Assembly (NCBI RefSeq): GCF_006345805.1
Contig: NC_043012.1
Span: 39,680,001-39,744,000 of the forward strand
Origin: Octopus sinensis
Taxonomy: Eukaryota
Length of the DNA stretch: 64,000 nt
Direction of reading: 5' to 3'
The notes below the pieces were generated by a model. The model made no database searches. It worked only from the letters and a program-made list of their open reading frames with translations, and was not told the DNA's origin. Shown one piece after another: positions 12,413 to 26,066 of this stretch (position 1 is its first letter; the number at the start of each line of letters is the position of its first letter). Position numbers and translations under genes: made by a program.

Positions 12413-12580
12413 AATAATAATTGCGTATTGTAAAAGCCGGCATTACTTGCAACCTCACGCATATTGCGTAGAGTAATGTGTGTCTGAGGACCTCGTTGTG
12501 ACTTGACAAACAGTACAAACCCCCGGTAGACACAATATTTTCAATCAACAGCCTTACGATATTGTATACTGGGCGACGTC

Positions 12581-12650
<70 letters not shown>

Positions 12651-12915
12651 CATTTCCAGGTGCAAGGCCTGAAATATGGGGTGAAGAGGCTTAATCTGTT
12701 ACATCTACTTCAGCTCATGACTGGAATCATTTTACTGACCACAAAAAGAGGAGAGGCGAAGTCAACAGCCTTAAGACACTTCGAATCTGATGCAATTGCA
12801 TGAATGTTTGCCTGTGTATATATACATATATCTACGCGTATACAAATATGACCTCGTGTGAACCGTTGGCGATTTTTTTCCCTCTGTCTTCCCTTCTCTG
12901 GATCTTTCCTTCTAT

Positions 12916-12950
12916 GTTTCCGACGAAGAGCTCCGCTCGAAACGTTACAC
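12916..12950 (+). ncRNA. Degenerate minimal hammerhead-like motif
   Basis: GTTT-CCGACGA-A-GAGC(TCC)GCTC-GAAACGTT-ACAC: core with U4>C change, stem II intact, palindromic AACGTT in place of stem III. Confidence 0.45.
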
Positions 12951-13087
12951 CCTCGTTCTTTCCTTCTTTCTTGAGCGTCCAATAATACCATATTTGTTCC
13001 ACGTCCTCGCGTTGTTGTGTTTTTTTGTGCTTTCTTGTTTATATATATATAACTTTATATATATATATAACTTTATATATATAACTT

Positions 13088-13154
<67 letters not shown>

Positions 13155-13854
13155 TGTATGTTTAAGTCGACGCACGTCTGAAAGAATGTCTTCATAGACA
13201 GATATTCTGCATACGCACATGCGACGGATGTACAGATGTTTACATACGATAAACACACTCTAGTTGCTATACACCTCTAATATTTATTGAGATTCAGGCA
13301 AAAATTGTTTCCATACAATAATTGAATTATTGTATTGTTTCCTCTTGTTTCTATTGAGATCTCTCAAGTCACTGCGTCTCATGCCATCTCTCTGTCTCTC
13401 CCTCTCACACTTTCCCTCCCTTTCTCCCTCTCTCTCACACACATACACACAAATACATATACATATATACATACACACATGAATGTGTGAAACAGAGAGT
13501 GAGAGAGAGATGGGGAGAATGGCGCCGGTTTGTGCGTGCTTTCTCGTGTTTCCATCAATTGAATATAACATATATTTTACACATTCTGTTAAACGATTGA
13601 AACAATAAGATTTCTGTGCGTAATTTCTCTGTGAAACGCATAAACCACACAGAATTACATCAAAGCGATAGAAAGCCACATTTCTTGGCGAACAAATGCA
13701 GTCATACAGTCATACATAAACATACAAACACATAGACATATGCATTCACTGCAAAAGACACATGAGCATATACAGCCACACAATATAATGCTGCAAGAAA
13801 TATCATGCGCATACATTAAAAGATCTCATTGGCACTCTTCATTCAAAATTTTAT

Positions 13855-13878
13855 ATATGTATATAAATACACACTCAC

Positions 13879-13917
<39 letters not shown>

Positions 13918-13990
13918 CGTGTGTGTGTATTTATATATATATATATGTATGTATATATATATATATATGAATGTATGTATATATATATTG

Positions 13991-14022
<32 letters not shown>

Positions 14023-14123
14023 TGTATATATATGTATATATATATATATGTATATATATAATATGTATATATATATATATATTACATATATATATGTATA
14101 TATATGTATATATATGTATATAT

Positions 14124-14156
<33 letters not shown>

Positions 14157-14562
14157 TATATATATGTATGTATGTATATATACATATATGTATATATATA
14201 TGTATATATATATATATGTATGTAAATATGTATATATACATATATGTATGTAAATATGTATATATACATATATGTATATATATATATATTATATGTATAT
14301 TATACATATATGACATATATGTATATATATAATATATGTATATATATACATATATGTATATATATATGTATAATGTAATAAATATGTTATAAAATGTAGT
14401 ATATATATATGTATATATATATTATATACGTATATATATATGTATATATATATGTATCTATGTATAATATATAGTGTATATAATGTATGTATATATATGT
14501 ATAATGTATATAAATATGTATATTACATGTATGTATATATATATGTATATATATGTATTTAG

Positions 14563-14597
<35 letters not shown>

Positions 14598-14992
14598 TGA
14601 TATATATGTTATATGTATATATATATTATGTGTATATATATGTATTTATATATATGTATATATATGTATATATATGTATTTATATATATGTTATAATATG
14701 TAGATATATATATATGTATATATATATGTATAATGTATGATATATTTATATGTATTATGTCTATATATATATGTATATAGTATATATGTATATATATATA
14801 TAGTATATATGTATATATATAGTATATATGTATATATATATATGTATATATGTATATATGTATATATATATATATGTATATATGTATATATATATGTATA
14901 CATAAATATGCTATTGTATATATGTATATATGTATTTATATGTATATATGTATATATAATTATGTATATATATGTATATATATATATGAATA

Positions 14993-15044
<52 letters not shown>

Positions 15045-15105
15045 TATATATGTATATATATATATATATATATGGAATATATATGTATATATATATATAT
15101 ATATA

Positions 15106-15141
<36 letters not shown>

Positions 15142-15276
15142 ATATATGTATATATATTGTATATATATATATGTATAATATATATGCATAATATATATCT
15201 ATATATATATATATGCATTATATATATGTATATATATTTATATACATATATATATATATTATATATATATATATGT
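13855..15276. repeat. ~1.4-kb interrupted (TA)n/(TATG)n tract
   Basis: Almost exclusively alternating TA with scattered G. Confidence 0.95.
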
Positions 15277-15640
15277 ACTAAAAATCAAACATAAATACAT
15301 GTATGCATTCATGTTGTATGTATGTATGTGTGTATGAGAATGTAAGTATATATAAATATACATACAGTCACGCACATACGCATATAGTTGCTGTAAATTT
15401 TGTGTATTTATCAGATGAAAGGTGTTGTCAAACTAGATTTAACTGCATTATTGTGCTTCTCGATATTTTAAACAATATCAATGCTTAAAATGGCTTCCAG
15501 TAAATGTTGTTTGTCTGTCGCTGTGTAACGATATCTTTGCATGTACGCCTCTCTATCAATATATATTTAGATCTACTTCTGATAATAAATACATATAATC
15601 ATACATACTTACACACAAACACACACCACATATATATGTA

Positions 15641-15696
<56 letters not shown>

Positions 15697-16830
15697 TTAT
15701 ATACGCTCATAGTACTGTCACACACATATCCATAGACACCAACAAATACACACATGTTACTTGCACTGTGTGTGAAACAATGGTTTTCAAACTTGGTCGA
15801 TACGTTAACGGATTTCATTGAAGCATGTGCTTGCCACCACAGTCGCTGCTGCAAATGTTGTTGCTACTGCTGCTGCTGCGGCTGCTATTGTAAAGAATGC
15901 GAATAATGGTTTCGGAATCTTGTTTATTTTATGCTTTCAAAGATTTCCTAATTACCTTTTATATAAATAAAATTTTTTAAAAAAGAAGAAAACAATAGAA
16001 TACTTTAAAACAGTTAAAAAATATGAAGTAATTTCAACATCTCTATTGTGTATCCATTCATTTGGTTTATGTATTGATGTATCATATAGAATATATTTAC
16101 AATGAACGATTGTGAAGTTTCGGTTTAAGTTTTTTTAAGTATTGCTGGTTTTTAAATTGGGACTTTGACGTTGACATGCCTTATACTCCATCTCGTCTAC
16201 TTTCTTTTTCGCTTCCTTCCAATTTACTTTTCTCTCTGCAAATCCACCATTTCTCTCGATGATAAAGCAAATTATGTTTGCTTTTACTACTTTCATCTGA
16301 TTCAATTCTTTCACAATCATTGACATTTTGAGTTAAAGATTGTAACGACTTCTTTCAAACAACCAATATATTCCATTGGCTTTTTATTTTTGTTATTATA
16401 ATTTCACAATTGTATTAGCGAAACCATTAGCAAGAATGTTATAAGAAATATGCTTTCGAAAGAAACCGTTCATGGTTTCATTTTTAAAAAATTTATTTTT
16501 CCTTATTTGTAAAAAGAAACAAAATAAAAGTCTCTCCATTCTCGGAAGAATCTTATCTTTCGTTACATTAGGTTCGAAAATAATAAATATACATACCATT
16601 AAGTGCACACAGTGATGATAGATAGATAGATAGATAGACACAGACATGCACACACGTGACCATAAAACTATATATGTGCAAGCACGGCTCTATGTTTAAG
16701 AAGCTCACCGAGCGATCTCGTTGTTTTGGTTCAGTCCAACTACTATACTCCCGGGCCTTGCTAGGAAAAACTTGTATCATATATATGTATGTGTGTGTGT
16801 GTGTGAATGTGTGTATGTGTGTGTGTGTAT

Positions 16831-16889
<59 letters not shown>

Positions 16890-19063
16890 GCCACTTATTG
16901 TGACTGAATGTGCCGGGTAGCACTTATATTACTCGAAATAATACTTTAAGAACTCTTGAAGCCGCAAGAAAGCACATTTTCATACAGTGACAGAGAAGAT
17001 AACCACCCCACAACGTGCGAGACCGTTATGTATTTTGTATGAGTGTGGATGTGCGTCTACGTGTGTGTATGTTACAACAATGAAATACAATACTAATAAC
17101 AATCCAAGTTAAACGAAGAATACTTTGCGACGAATGAAGCTGCTACCAATATCGGATAAATGTCCCTCAAATTACTGATGACCATATTGAAAAAAGGAGC
17201 GACACTTAAATGAAATAGTCCTTGATACAATATTCCTCACAGAAACAAATAAAAAGATTTGCAAGCATCTGCCCCATCACAGCTGATCATAGGTTTGCTT
17301 GTTAAGCATATTCCTGGAGTTATATAACAACAGCGTTAATGCAATTACGGTGTTTAAATTCTGAATCTTGATTACGAAACCTTGATATATTCCTTAAATA
17401 TGTAAAACTATTCTGAATTTCAGTAAAGGAAATTGTGGATTGTGAAGTTTGATTGAAGAATCAGAAAGTAGAAAGCTTCAAAAGTACGGCATCAGCAAGG
17501 AATCCGTACGGAATTAGATGGATGAAAGCAGTAAAGCAGTAGTACGGAGGCAAAACCGGAAGAGCACAAGGAGGGCTTAGCTGCACAATTGCAGTAATAC
17601 AAAAGTAGGATAGCAGCAACACGGCAGCTGTACAACTGCAGTATATATGAGCAGATGTGCTGGTGCAGCTCAAGTGCAATAATGCATTATTACGAGATGA
17701 GTACTGGTGCAATATAGGGGTGAAATCGGAAAACACTTATCCCACTGAAGACTCTTTATAAAACTTGATATTGTGGCATTGTTTTATAATCCTAGCACTG
17801 CTTTGCTTCAGCAGATCTATGATGATACGGCCACACCGTAACCACTCCATCGTTCTATAGCGATAGTATATCCTGGATAACTTTATTCGATTAGAGACGG
17901 TTGACGATTATTTCTTGCAGGACTAGTAGCCATTTGGAAGACCTTTTTGTGGTTTATACTTCAATACTAAAACTGTGCCTCGTCATTGTTTGAGGTTCTC
18001 AGTGCAAGAGTCACAGTACTGTATTGCCCATTATGTTTTAAGATGGTAAGCATGTAATTTGAGAAAAATTTGGTTGTTATTTTTAGCGCATCTGAATGCG
18101 AAGTTGAAGCCCTGTGTATGCTTGTACTTCAATGCATTTACGCACCAAGAGCAGTAAGGGATCACTAGACGCCTGTTACAAGACGTTCCACTAGAGACTA
18201 TTTTGTCTTTTATACAAACATTATGCACCTACGGCAGTGGTTCTCAACCATTTTTCACCTATGGACACCTTTGGTTCCTTTTTTATTCGGGATTCGGTTG
18301 GACCCTCATAGCCAGTCCATGTTTTAAAAATCCTATTATATTCTTTATAATTAAATATAATTAGGAATTGTATAATTTAAAAAAATATGTGAATTATGGA
18401 AAAAAGAGTCTCTTTCAGGCTAGCTTAAAGCCGTAATTCGTGCGGACTTTTAGGCTGGCTCCTGTGGACGGCTAACAGGACCTGCGGCCCAAAGGGAAAG
18501 AGAAAAAATAATAATAAAGCATTTATTGGTACCCTACCAATATGGTATTACCCTAAGAATACCGTATTACTTTTAATTCTGTTTAAATGAAAAACTTGTA
18601 AATTCACAAAATTTTGGTGTTTTTTTTTAAATTCGAATTTTCAACTGTTAGCATATAAGAAATCCTCATCCAGACTTGATCCCAATGCTGGATGTTCAAG
18701 AACCAAATGAAGGGCAGATTTTCAATCCCGGGAACATCCTGATTCCAAAATGGTATACATCTATGTAAAGCAAATGTACACTGAGATACAGGGCTCCCGG
18801 ACGGACGGACGAGCGGGCAGACAGAATTTAGCGTTTATTACTATAGACAACTTTGGAACATTATTATTAATAATGATTTGACGGAATCGGTAGGGATTCG
18901 AGCAAAATATTTTTCAGTATTTCCTTAGTTCCTGTTGTGTCTTTAGTTCCAATCCTTCAAAGACCAGTGGAAACTAAAAAAACTATCTCCTTTACTTCCC
19001 ACTCTTTCACACTATCACTGCCCACTCTTTTTTATTATCATTATCATCATCATCATCATCATC

Positions 19064-19462
19064 AAGGAGGCGAGCTGGCAGAAGCGTTAGCACGCCAGGC
19101 GAAATGCTTAGCAGTATTTCGTCTGCCGCTACGTTCTGAGTTCTTATTCCGCCGAGGTCGACGTTGCCTTTCATCCTTTCGGGGTCGATTAAATAAGTAC
19201 CAGTTACGCAATGGGGTCGATATAATCGACTTAATCAGTTTGTCTGTCCTTGTTTGTTCTCTCTGTGTTTGGCCCCTTGTGGGTAGTAAAGAAATAGGTA
19301 TTTTGTCCGTTGCTACGTTCTGAGTCCAAATTCCGCGCAGGTCGACTTTGCCTTCCATCCTTTCAGGGTCGATAAATTGAATACCAGTGAAACACTGGGG
19401 TCTATTTAATCAATTAGTCCCCTCCTGCTAAAATGACTGGCGATGTGCTAAAATTTGGAACA
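19064..19462 (+). mobile_element. SINE family B, dimeric form (one head, 184-nt module, then standard body and tail)
   Basis: GTATTT..AAAGAAATAG module at 19114-19297, then a second body from 19298. Confidence 0.85.
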
Positions 19463-19510
19463 CTATCATTATTAATGATTTGACGGAATCGGTAGGGAAT
19501 TGTTATTATT

Positions 19511-19709
19511 AAGAAGGCGATCTGGCAAAATTGTTAGCATTCTGGACGAAATGCATTTCGCCCGTTGCTACATTCTGAGTTCCGCCGAGTTCAACTTTGT
19601 CTGTCATTTTTTGGGGTCGATAAATTAAGTACCAGTGAAATTCTGGGATCGATGTAATTGACTAGTCCCCTCCCACCAAATTTCAGGCCTTGTGCCTATA
19701 ATAGAAAGG
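19511..19709 (+). mobile_element. SINE family B
   Basis: Head after TTATTATT, tail GGCCTTGTGCCTATAATAGAAAGG-ATTATT. Confidence 0.8.
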
Positions 19710-19937
19710 ATTATTATAGATAAATTGCATCAACAAAAACTTATATGGACTCTCAAGTATCATATAGACCCGCAAAGATCATAGAGACCTCAAGTGTAAT
19801 ATGGGCCCCGAAGGGTCTTGTGGACCCCAGTTGAAGACTACTAATCTAGAGTTACATCATATAAACTCACTCTTCGATTTTTGTTTTAAGTACAGGGCAT
19901 AATTTAAGGCATCCATCGCTGTTATTTCTACCAAATT

Positions 19938-20037
19938 NNNNNNNNNNNNNNNNNNNNNNNNNNNNNNNNNNNNNNNNNNNNNNNNNNNNNNNNNNNNNNN
20001 NNNNNNNNNNNNNNNNNNNNNNNNNNNNNNNNNNNNN
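19938..20037. other. Assembly gap (100 N)
   Basis: Run of N next to a TA microsatellite. Confidence 0.99.
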
Positions 20038-20179
20038 TATATATGTATATATATATATATGATATGTATATGTATATATATGTATGTATATATCTATATA
20101 TATATATATGTATATATCTATATATATCTGTATATATATATATCCTATCTGTTATATATATATATATATATATATATAT

Positions 20180-20455
20180 GGTGGTTACGGCAGCGGACTC
20201 GCGGTCGTAGGATCGTGGTTTCGATTCCCAGACCGTGTTTATTGAGCGAAAACACCTTAAAGCTCCACGAAGCTCCGGCAGGGGGTGGTGATCCCTGCTG
20301 TACTCTTTCACCACTCTTTCTTCTACTCTTTCTTCTGTTGGCCTGCTCGCTTAGCCAGCGGGGTGGCGTCATTCGAAGGCTAAAACAATGCGAACGCATT
20401 GTGACCAGCGGTGTGTGACTACATCTGATGGACTGGTCGGTCACGTGATCAGGTG
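20180..20455 (+). mobile_element. SINE family C (distinct tRNA-like head)
   Basis: GGTGGTTACGGCAGCGGACTCGCGGTC..GGTTTCGATTCCC head; GC-rich body; (TA)n on both sides. Confidence 0.65.
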
Positions 20456-20471
20456 ATATATTTATACATAT

Positions 20472-20503
<32 letters not shown>

Positions 20504-20509
20504 CTCGAA

Positions 20510-20701
20510 GCACAAGGCCTCAAATTTCGGGGTCGTGGACTAGTCGATTACACTGACCTCAGTACTCAACTGGTACCTAATTTATCGACCCCGAAAGGAT
20601 GAAAAGCAAAGTCGACCTCGGCGGAATTTGAACTCAGAACGTAACGGCAGACGAAATACGGCTACGCATTTTGCCCAGCGTGCTAACGTTTCTACCAGCT
20701 C
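20510..20701 (-). mobile_element. SINE family B
   Basis: Reverse-complement core TTTATCGACCCCGAAAGGATGAAAAGCAAAGTCGACCTCGGCGGAATTTGAACTC. Confidence 0.85.
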
Positions 20702-20974
20702 AACTTTTTAATTATATTATGAATGCCAATAATGTGTGTGTGTGTGTGTGTGATTCTCATTCAAAGGAGCAGGAAAAGAGAGAGAGTGAGAGAAGAATTC
20801 TTTAATTGTAAAACATATTCACTAGCATTACGTACGTGTTTGTTACCCTTCTTTTCCGTTTATTATCTACATAACACTTTTGAAGGCATTGAATAAACTA
20901 GTTACTTATCTGTCATACGTACATACATTCACACACACACACACACATATATATATTAGTTTAGGTGTTTATGC

Positions 20975-21140
20975 CCCCCCCCCACTGTCGCTTGAAAACC
21001 GTTGTTGGTGTGTTTATGTGTCCGTAATATAGTTGATTCGGCAAGAGTAAAAGACAGGACAAGTACTTGGCTTACAAAGAATAGTCCTGGGGTCGATTTG
21101 CTCGACTAAAGTCGGTGCTCCAGCATGGCCGCAGTCATGT
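20975..21140 (+). mobile_element. SINE family A, 3' half only
   Basis: GGTGTGTTTA..AAGTACTTGGCTTACAAAGAATA..GCTCCAGCATGGCCGCAGTC matches the family A tail. Confidence 0.75.
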
Positions 21141-21719
21141 ACATATATGTATACATAATGTGTGTGTGTATATACTCATATACACGGTGCGATTCGAATA
21201 ACCAGTTGTTAAACTCGAAATACAAATGCTTCAGAATGAAATGGTAGACGAGTTCAGAGTGTAATCGGGATTGACAAAATGACAAGAGAATCATGTAATC
21301 AGCTTTGTTGGTTTACAGTTCTTACTGTCTTCAGAGCCGAGTGCTTATACATCATCTTATAGCATCCGAGGAGGCTATAAAGTGCCGTGTGTGTTTATTT
21401 CAGAAGCCATTTAAATGCATAGAAAAGGTTACCTTTGAAACGATCGAAATAAACGAAAGTAAGGTAATACGATGTGAGGGAGCCATTCCCATAAACAGGC
21501 AGATTTACATAATCATATTTATATTTAAACAGGTGTTTAATGTAGGAATATATAACACTACGCATGCGTACAAGAAAAACGTGACAACATCACAGGGAAA
21601 TATTACTAACCACTTGAACACGTGTTGCTTCATCCGTGTGTACAGTCACAACTGTACTAAGCAATAGAAGTAACAGCCGCCGCTTTTACAGCAACTTAAC
21701 ACACATATAAGTACATGCA

Positions 21720-21791
<72 letters not shown>

Positions 21792-21934
21792 CACGTTCGC
21801 CACTGTATGTTTATATAAATCGGAAATATGGAACAAGAACGCAACAGACGACTGATGGAGGAAGCTGCGAATGACCCGTCCTGTTTTTCCCTGTCCGGAT
21901 GTTTTATTGTCGTCTGTTGCGTTCTTGTTCCATT

Positions 21935-21987
<53 letters not shown>

Positions 21988-22053
21988 CTTAAGCTGAAAA
22001 GACGTATGGTAATCAATACATAGCGCATACACGAGTTTCAACTAGCTGCGAAG

Positions 22054-22159
22054 TAATTACATAACAATTGTAGAGACATGCATTGATGCACCACACCTCA
22101 ACACTGTCCTGCGGGACACTAATGAGGTGAGGTGCATGATTGTCACTGTTATGTAATTA
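22054..22159. repeat. ~106-nt imperfect palindrome/hairpin
   Basis: TAATTACATAACA pairs with TGTTATGTAATTA; ATGCACCACACCTCA pairs with TGAGGTGAGGTGCAT (14/15); apical GTCC-TGCG-GGAC. Confidence 0.75.
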
Positions 22160-22872
22160 TTTTGGCAATTTGGTGTGTGTCTTATAAAGTGGTGAATGTC
22201 ACAACTGTTTTATGCTTTTTATTGTTTGTGTTATTTGGCTCGTATTCCACACATTGGCTTATCCTGTGTTTGACGCTCCACATCGTGCTACAATGAATAT
22301 CCAAGTGGAGTGATCCCCTATTAAGCCCGATTTTGTTGCGTGTGGCACTTTATTGTATCCCTAATATATCGTGTTTCACTAATAAGTGGTACCAGGATTT
22401 TCGACTCTAGTTAAATGTAAATTACGCCAAATCGTTGTTAGAGTATCCACATCAGTGGAGTCTAGACCGACAACTTTATACTAGTGTCAAATTGTAAAAG
22501 TTGTAATAATCCTTTCTTCTATAAGCACAAAGCCTGAAATTCTGGGGCAGGGGACAATCGATTACATCGTCCCCAGCGAGTAACTCGTACGAAGTCAACC
22601 CAATCAGTGATATTTGGAAATCATTTAATACATACACAAGACTGAAATGTAGAAACGATTGAAACGATTTCAAAATATCACTGATTGGTGAGAGTTCAGT
22701 ATTACAAGCTACACGAAGGGTTTCCAAGGGCTAATAAGGATTATGCGTGCGCGTGTGTGTACGCGCGCGTGTGTGTATGCATATATACAGTTGTATAAAA
22801 ATATGTATATATGCAAATATATATACATATATATAGAGACATATACACATTTATATATATACACATACATAA

Positions 22873-22941
<69 letters not shown>

Positions 22942-24450
22942 CATTATATAAAAGGGCTTAGTAAAATAAATTACTTTGCCACATACCCTCAATTGTTGAA
23001 ATTATATATATATATATATATATAACCGGACTAAAGAAAGGATTATTCAATGCATTTAGTTGGTATAGTAAGTATTTATTAAGTTTCATTCTGCTCTGCA
23101 TCCCTCGAAATCACTTCAGTCTCTCTCTCTCTCTTTCTCTCTCTCTCACTCTCTCTTTCTCTCTCTCTCTCCCTCTCTTTCTCTCTCTCTCTCTTTATAT
23201 ATACCTGTGGATGTGTTTTGCGCCCGCGAAACTTTATGTAACGTGAACCTGTATCCAATAACAGTAATAAATGTATTGACACTAAAATAGTTGTGAACCT
23301 CGTCTTAGCTATTTCCAAAGATCAAGACTGAGTCGGAAGTAATTCTCTTCTCTTCATTTATTTGTTCTCCACTGGACACGAAACGCAACTTCTCTTCTCC
23401 GGTCCGTAGTTTGACACTTTTCCTAACTACTAAGTCAACTAAGGACCCATACAGTCATATAACCCCTTCTTCTGTATTAAATATTTCAATCCTGTTCAAG
23501 GTTGCTGCTGTTATTAAAAAAATCGAACATCGTTAATTTTTTTTATATCTAAAACAATGTAGAAAATTAAAATTCCAGACACACACGACACAAAAGGAGG
23601 ATTATCTTGTTCTCTTAATCCTGTGGACAATATTACCCAGGATATTATACGGATTAAATTAATACCTTTATCGTGATACTATCAGATTTCAGTAGAGAAT
23701 ATTTTTTCTTCTTGTTCTCTAGCCTATGGTCATCAGAGATCCATTGTAGCTCTGACATACTTCACATTTCTCTGCTGCTCTACTGTATTTTAGGACTGTA
23801 TTTCTTTTTATTCGCTGCTCAACCAGTAAGCCCATGATAGTGAACATACCAGCCGTGACCATCCTGTCTTCTGTTTTCAGGCATGATGTGTTGTCTAAAG
23901 TCACACAATACGAAGTGTCTGGGTTTGTTTTCTTTTAATAGATAATGTATTGCTTTGTATAACATTTCCTGTTGAGTGGTGTATGTCAATATACAAAATT
24001 GGTGAGCAGAAACTTTATTGAGAGATATTTGGCTGTTATTTCTAGTAACTTGAGCGACAGTGTAAAGATAATGTTGCAGTATAGTGCATGGTACAATATA
24101 CAAGGTGATACAAATTCATAGTATGGTGTAAAGTATAATAAATTTGTAAGTGACAAGATCTGTGAAGTAGTTTATAAAATGCGATTTCGGTATACAGTAA
24201 TGGTTTTATACCGAATTCAAATCATACCAAATTGAAAAGGACTGATTTTAGCCCACGATTCCTCTCATAAAACTGTAGCTCTGGTCGATGGAGCAAACTG
24301 TAAGGAGCCGTATATGTATTTGTTCTGAGATCAAATCCTGCTGAGGACAACTTTGCCTTTGATCCTAGTGGGGTCAACAACAGGAAATATCACTCACGAC
24401 TTCACATATTTCTTACCTTTCTTAGAAATTATCATTATTATTAATAATGA

Positions 24451-24664
24451 CCCTTTCTACTAAAGGCACAGGCCTGAAATTTGGTGAGAGGGGACGAGTC
24501 GATTACATTGACCCCAGTGTTTCAGTGGTACTTAATTTATCGACCCCGAAAAGATGCCAGGCAAAGTCGACCTCGGCGGAATTTGAACTCAGAACGCAGC
24601 GACCGGCGTAAGACCGCTAAGCATTTCGGCCAGCGCGCTAACAATTCTGCTAGCGCACCGCCTT
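24451..24664 (-). mobile_element. SINE family B (head-to-head pair, left)
   Basis: Full reverse-complement copy ending GCACCGCCTT-AATAGTAAT. Confidence 0.88.
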
Positions 24665-24695
24665 AATAGTAATAATTATTACTTATTATTATTAT

Positions 24696-24941
24696 AAGGT
24701 GTTGAGCTGGCAGAATCGTTAGCAGGACGAACAAAATGCTTAGTGAAATCGTTGGCACGCTGACAAAATGCTTGGCGGTATTTTGCCCGTCGCTGCGTTC
24801 CGAGTTCAAATTCCACCGGGGTCGACTTTGCCTTTCATCCTTCCGGGGTCGATAAAATAAGTACCAGTGAAACACTGGGGTAGATGTAATCGACTACTCT
24901 CCCCCCACAAAATTTCAGGCCTTGTGCCTATAATAGAAAGG
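24696..24941 (+). mobile_element. SINE family B (head-to-head pair, right) with a short internal head duplication
   Basis: AAGGTGTTGAGCTGGCAGAATCGTTAG; GCA..CAAAATGCTT duplicated; (ATT)n tail. Confidence 0.88.
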
Positions 24942-25142
24942 ATTATTATTATTATTATTATTATATTATTATTATTATCATTGTTGTTGTTGTTGTTGTT
25001 TTCTTCCTGAAGGTAGTTGAAGTGGTGTAAAAGTTTGTTGTACTTAAAAGATTATAGGAGGATTAGGAAAACAAAAGTGAGAACATTTCACCGGGGGATG
25101 TTTGAACATCGCGGGTCTGGCAGAAAACAATTTTTTTTTAAA

Positions 25143-25199
<57 letters not shown>

Positions 25200-26026
25200 A
25201 AAGTTATTAGTGTTGATACATCTGGCCAGAAGTAACAACGAAGATGGAAGGCGGGGTTGTAGTAATAGGAAGAGAAAAACTTGATATTATGGCTATTAAA
25301 ACAGCTACAGACAATACCCAAATTGTCTTCAAGCAGGTGACGAAACTATCAGGTGTCTCTTCTTATCTCATTAAGTCTTCTCACATGTTTATTGTTGTCT
25401 CCTTCTTTCATTTAGGTGTGGTGTTGGAATTTTATTGAATTTTCTTTTGTGTTCTTTCTTACTTTCATTTTTAGTTTCATTTTTTTTTATTTCTGCTTGA
25501 GGGTTGGGTAGAAATGGAATAAACTTAAGCCAAATTTAGTTCATAATTCAGTACTTGATATCCATAAGACTTAGTTACTGAGAAAACGCCATCGAAAGCT
25601 GGTTCGGTAAAGCAATCCAATAAATTTTTACCACAATAAATTTTGGTCCCATGATCATATAATAAATTCATATTTTATTGTTCATAACAATAGCGGGCGA
25701 CTGCTGGTCTTTCATAAACAACCTTGCCCGGACTTGTGGCTGGGAGGGTAACTTTCTAGGTGAAATCCTAGTCGTGACCGAAGAGGGTCTCAAAAAGAAT
25801 GAGATAACAAAGCCAAGGCTGTAAGGAGTTTTCAGGACATTTATAAGGAAATAGCCTTACAGCTCTTTCTGGGATATTAGGGATATGCTTTCGACAGAGA
25901 CGGCGTGAGAATCTTAAATAGAGGAAATATTTGAGTTCGAATTATTATGGAAAAGGAGGAGATAAGGAATATAGAGGGAAATAAGAGAATGAAAATAGAA
26001 ATAAGATATATAAAGATATTGTGTGT

Positions 26027-26066
<40 letters not shown>

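Larger units (their letters stand above)
18235..19843 (+). mobile_element. hAT-type non-autonomous element whose interior is filled with nested repeats
   Basis: Left CAGTGGTTCTCAACCATTTTT..ATGGACACC, right GTGGACCCCAGTTGAAGACTACT; both ends match the two ends of the 50022-50330 MITE in reverse orientation. Confidence 0.55.

Noticed and set aside
22123-22144. let-7-like TGAGGT start in the hairpin
   Set aside because: Only 6 nt match and it is on the wrong arm
23719-24103. Two overlapping minus-strand ORFs
   Set aside because: No recognisable motif or clean splice signals
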